From Pirellulales bacterium (lineage in GTDB: Bacteria; Planctomycetota; Planctomycetia; Pirellulales; JAICIG01), in assembly GCA_035532215.1 (NCBI GenBank), contig DATKRK010000301.1:1181-65180 (forward strand): a DNA stretch of 64,000 nucleotides, given 5' to 3'. The notes under the pieces were generated by a model that was not told the DNA's origin, ran no database searches, and saw nothing but the letters and a program-made list of their open reading frames with translations. Positions 61,776-64,000 of the stretch are shown here, piece after piece. The position numbers and the translations under genes are program-made. Position 1 is the stretch's first letter; the number at the start of each line of letters is the position of its first letter.

Positions 61776-62096
61776 CTAGGCCAGCTTTTCGCCGAGTCTG
61801 GCGAGATTGCCGAACGCGGAGGCCGCCGACTTGAGCAGCTTGAGCCTTTCGCCCGGATCGGCGATTTCCAACGCTGCCGGCCTTGCGGCGTTCACGACGA
61901 GGCCGCTCAGCTCCAGCGATTCGGCGCCAGCCGCGCTCAACAGCGCCTGCTTCGGATCGGGTTTTTCCAACGCACTTGCCGACAACTCCTGCAGGCGTTG
62001 GGCCTTGCGCGTCTGCAGGTCTGGCCGCGTCTCGGCCGGCGTCGATTCCGCCGTAGCGGCGGATTCGGCATTTCTGTTCGGAGCGATGTCCGACAT
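61776..62096 (-). CDS. hypothetical acidic/Ala-rich protein
   Basis: The ATG at 62096 is preceded by GGAGGT. 106 aa, MSDIAPNRNAESAATAESTPAETRPDLQTRKAQRLQEL..., with good codon bias and no recognised domain. Confidence 0.5.
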   Translation of the reverse strand: MSDIAPNRNAESAATAESTPAETRPDLQTRKAQRLQELSASALEKPDPKQALLSAAGAESLELSGLVVNAARPAALEIADPGERLKLLKSAASAFGNLARLGEKLA

Positions 62097-62101
62097 AACT
62101 A

Positions 62102-62505
62102 TTACCTCCTGTAATGGAAAGTAGAGAAACAGAGACATTCAATAACTTCGCCGAACATGGGGCTCCTCCTCTGCTCGACGGCTTTGAGCGGCGTCGGCGG
62201 CGCAGGCGCAGGCCGTGCAAATACAGCCCTTGCTCCGCCAACACGGCCCCCAAGCGTTCCGGGAGCTGGCGAAAAAAGATTTTGACCAGCGCCAGCACGG
62301 CTCGCAGTCGACGGACCGCGCGACGATCGCCTTGCAGCTCCGTCAACTCGCGAGCCAGCCGGGCGGCCGCGTCCGGGCAAGTGAGGATCCGCCGCTCGAG
62401 GCTCGATGGCGCCGGCGGGAACTGTCCCGGCGGCGATTGCTCCCCGCTCGCCTCGTCCCACAGCCGCTCGTAGATTCTGCGAGAACTTGCGGTGGCGTCA
62501 GGCAT
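62102..62505 (-). CDS. hypothetical protein, 3' reading frame ambiguous
   Basis: The ATG at 62505 overlaps the upstream stop by 8 nt. About the first 105 codons (MPDATASSRRIYERLWDEASGEQ...LVKIFFRQLPERLGAVLAEQGLYLHGL) look coding. That frame then runs on without a stop across the next gene, while a second frame with better codon bias (...LKAVEQRRSPMFGEVIECLCFSTFHYRR*) ends at 62102. Confidence 0.35.
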
Positions 62506-63376
62506 CGCTTGCGCCTCCTGCGGCGACGCCTAGCTCGCGGGCCGGCAGATCGGGAAATTTTTGGTGCAACTGCTCCAGCACCTCTGGCCCGGGCGGGACG
62601 CCGGTCTGCTGCCAAGTCATCAATTCGTGGGCTCTCAATTCGCCGCTGCCAGTGAAATACGGCCTCTCTTCGGGGGGCATATCCTCCGGTTTCGAGCGCG
62701 GGCCGAACTTCGCGCATGCAAGGATCTCTCTGACCATGCGTTCGTATTCATAGAGAGTGTCGTCGCGCTGGGTGGCGGCTTGCCGGCGAACGCGCTGCAC
62801 CAGTCCCTCCAGCGCCACCTTATCGCTGACGGCGGGTTGCGCGAGCAGCGCCACATGCTTCAGAAACACGACCAGGCCATCGTTGCTCTGATCGATGTGG
62901 GGGAGCACGTCGGCGAGCTTCTCGGTTTGCGGACGCGGGATCCCCAAGATCCCTGCGAGGACGCGGGGACCGCCGAGGTAAGCGGCCAGCTTCACGGCGG
63001 CTTCCGCGGGACTCGCGGCGGCCGACAACGAGGCGCCGGCAAGGATGACGCGGCGGACAATATAATCAGGCCGCGCGAGACGATTCCAAACGTCGAAAAA
63101 GCACGCATGATACGCCCCGATCTCGGCGGCCGGCAGCCCCGAGCGCGCGAAGATCTGCGAGAGCGGCGCTGCGGCCAGCAGATAGGCCTCGACCACCGAT
63201 CGTAGCGCATCGCCGCCGGCGTGCAGCTCGAGCGCCGTAGCGATCGCAGAGTCGCGGCAATCACCTGCGGCTTGAGCGAGGGTTCCCGCGCCTCGCCGGC
63301 GCGATCTCAGATAGCCGAGCAGTCGCCGGGTCGCCAGATCGTCGCTGCGGAGCGATGCAGGCCGGTGACTGGCCAA
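62498..63376 (-). CDS. hypothetical protein
   Basis: 292-aa ORF with good codon bias (…AYHACFFDVWNRLARPDYIVRRVILAG…YEYERMVREILACAKFGPRSKPEDMPPEERPYFTGSG…). It has a TTG start, and an overlapping upstream ORF (63261-63518) may be its true N-terminus in another frame. Confidence 0.55.
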   Translation of the reverse strand: MASHRPASLRSDDLATRRLLGYLRSRRRGAGTLAQAAGDCRDSAIATALELHAGGDALRSVVEAYLLAAAPLSQIFARSGLPAAEIGAYHACFFDVWNRLARPDYIVRRVILAGASLSAAASPAEAAVKLAAYLGGPRVLAGILGIPRPQTEKLADVLPHIDQSNDGLVVFLKHVALLAQPAVSDKVALEGLVQRVRRQAATQRDDTLYEYERMVREILACAKFGPRSKPEDMPPEERPYFTGSGELRAHELMTWQQTGVPPGPEVLEQLHQKFPDLPARELGVAAGGASDA

Positions 63377-64000
63377 GCAGCTCGAGCGCCCGCCGATAAC
63401 GCCAGTCGGGCGGCCGTAGCAAGTTCAAAAAAGATGTCAGCGTGCCGCGCAGCATGCAGTCCTCCATGACTGTTCGATCGTCGGGCATCCGTGCCGACGG
63501 CGCGTCGATTACTCCCATAACCTATACGCCGAACTTCGGAAAAGATCTAGTCTCCTGCGCCAAATATGTTTGTCTTTTCTCAGCCGCAAGCCAGCGCGAG
63601 AGCGAAACAATTCCAGCCGTCTCTTGGCGCCCAGCCGCCACGCGCCGGCGAACAATTTGCTTGCGTAGAATCCTAGATCCGCGTTGGCGAGTTTGCAATT
63701 TGGCGACCGCGCCGTTTGGCAAGCTGCGAAGGCGAGGAGGTCGGCGTTGGAAAAAATCCTCATGCTAGCATGCGAGGCCGCTCGCGCTGGCCCGCTGGCG
63801 CCAAGGATCGTGCTCGTCGCCCATGCCGATGGGCCGCGTTGCCTTGGCTTAATATTTGGCGGAAATGCGGCACATTAGGCGAAGGCAACGGTTTACGTCC
63901 GCCGTAGCGGGTCGCCGTTTGAGTCTTGAGCGCGTCGATCCGCGCGCCGGCCGTGCTAGAAATCAGCCCTGCTGCCAATTGGCCCTGCCCGTTCCAGTTG

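Noticed and set aside
61131-62114. 327-aa + strand ORF
   Set aside because: It is extremely Arg-rich (RRGRRRW, RRFRRSGG) and overlaps a minus-strand gene (61776-62096) that has an RBS and better composition. No independent support.
63760-64000. Minus-strand frame open from the right window edge to TGA at 63760 (…GARIDALKTQTATRYGGRKPLPSPNVPHF…), a possible 3' end of a gene outside the window
   Set aside because: Only about 80 codons are visible, codon bias is moderate and there is no motif. This is insufficient to call.

Overview
High-GC bacterial window; spot counts of single 60-nt lines give about 60-75% GC outside a few lower-GC patches. The PEP-CTERM/exosortase machinery and a secreted protein with a LEPRLML-type N-terminus suggest a Planctomycetota-like source, but that is inference only. 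Layout: (1) 2-199, 3' end of an unknown gene. (2) 382-5517, a five-gene operon joining a DevC/DevA/DevB-type tripartite ABC exporter to a double nitroreductase-fold protein and a ThiF/E1-like adenylyltransferase; its function cannot be assigned. (3) 5.6-8.1 kb, a convergent PEP-CTERM cargo gene, a weak hypothetical ORF and a repeat- and hairpin-rich non-coding stretch. (4) 8176-54626, about 46 kb with every confident gene on the + strand. This is an XrtA/PEP-CTERM-type exopolysaccharide megalocus: exosortase, EpsI, fused chain-length determinant/BY-kinase, a 1462-aa TPR protein, priming sugar transferase, two deacetylase-like genes, Wzm/Wzt ABC exporter, O-antigen-ligase/polymerase-like protein, GT-C-like protein, about 11 further glycosyltransferases, an ADP-heptose branch, sulfotransferase, carbamoyltransferase, three methyltransferases, acetyltransferase, AsnB-type amidotransferase and a FemAB-like protein. 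(5) 55193-58993, a 1266-aa PHP phosphoesterase / triple VanZ-like / beta-propeller-like fusion. (6) 58951-64000, minus-strand genes with disturbed reading frames: a surface-protein gene broken by two compensating homopolymer frameshifts, then hypothetical genes with ambiguous frames. Other structure: hairpin elements with shared arms filling intercistronic gaps, a 29-nt motif repeated exactly at two unit starts, a lower-GC patch whose left edge falls inside wzt, an IS3 OrfA remnant, and a G7-run frameshift in a glycosyltransferase. No rRNA, tRNA or CRISPR array was seen. All family assignments come from motifs read by eye, not from searches.
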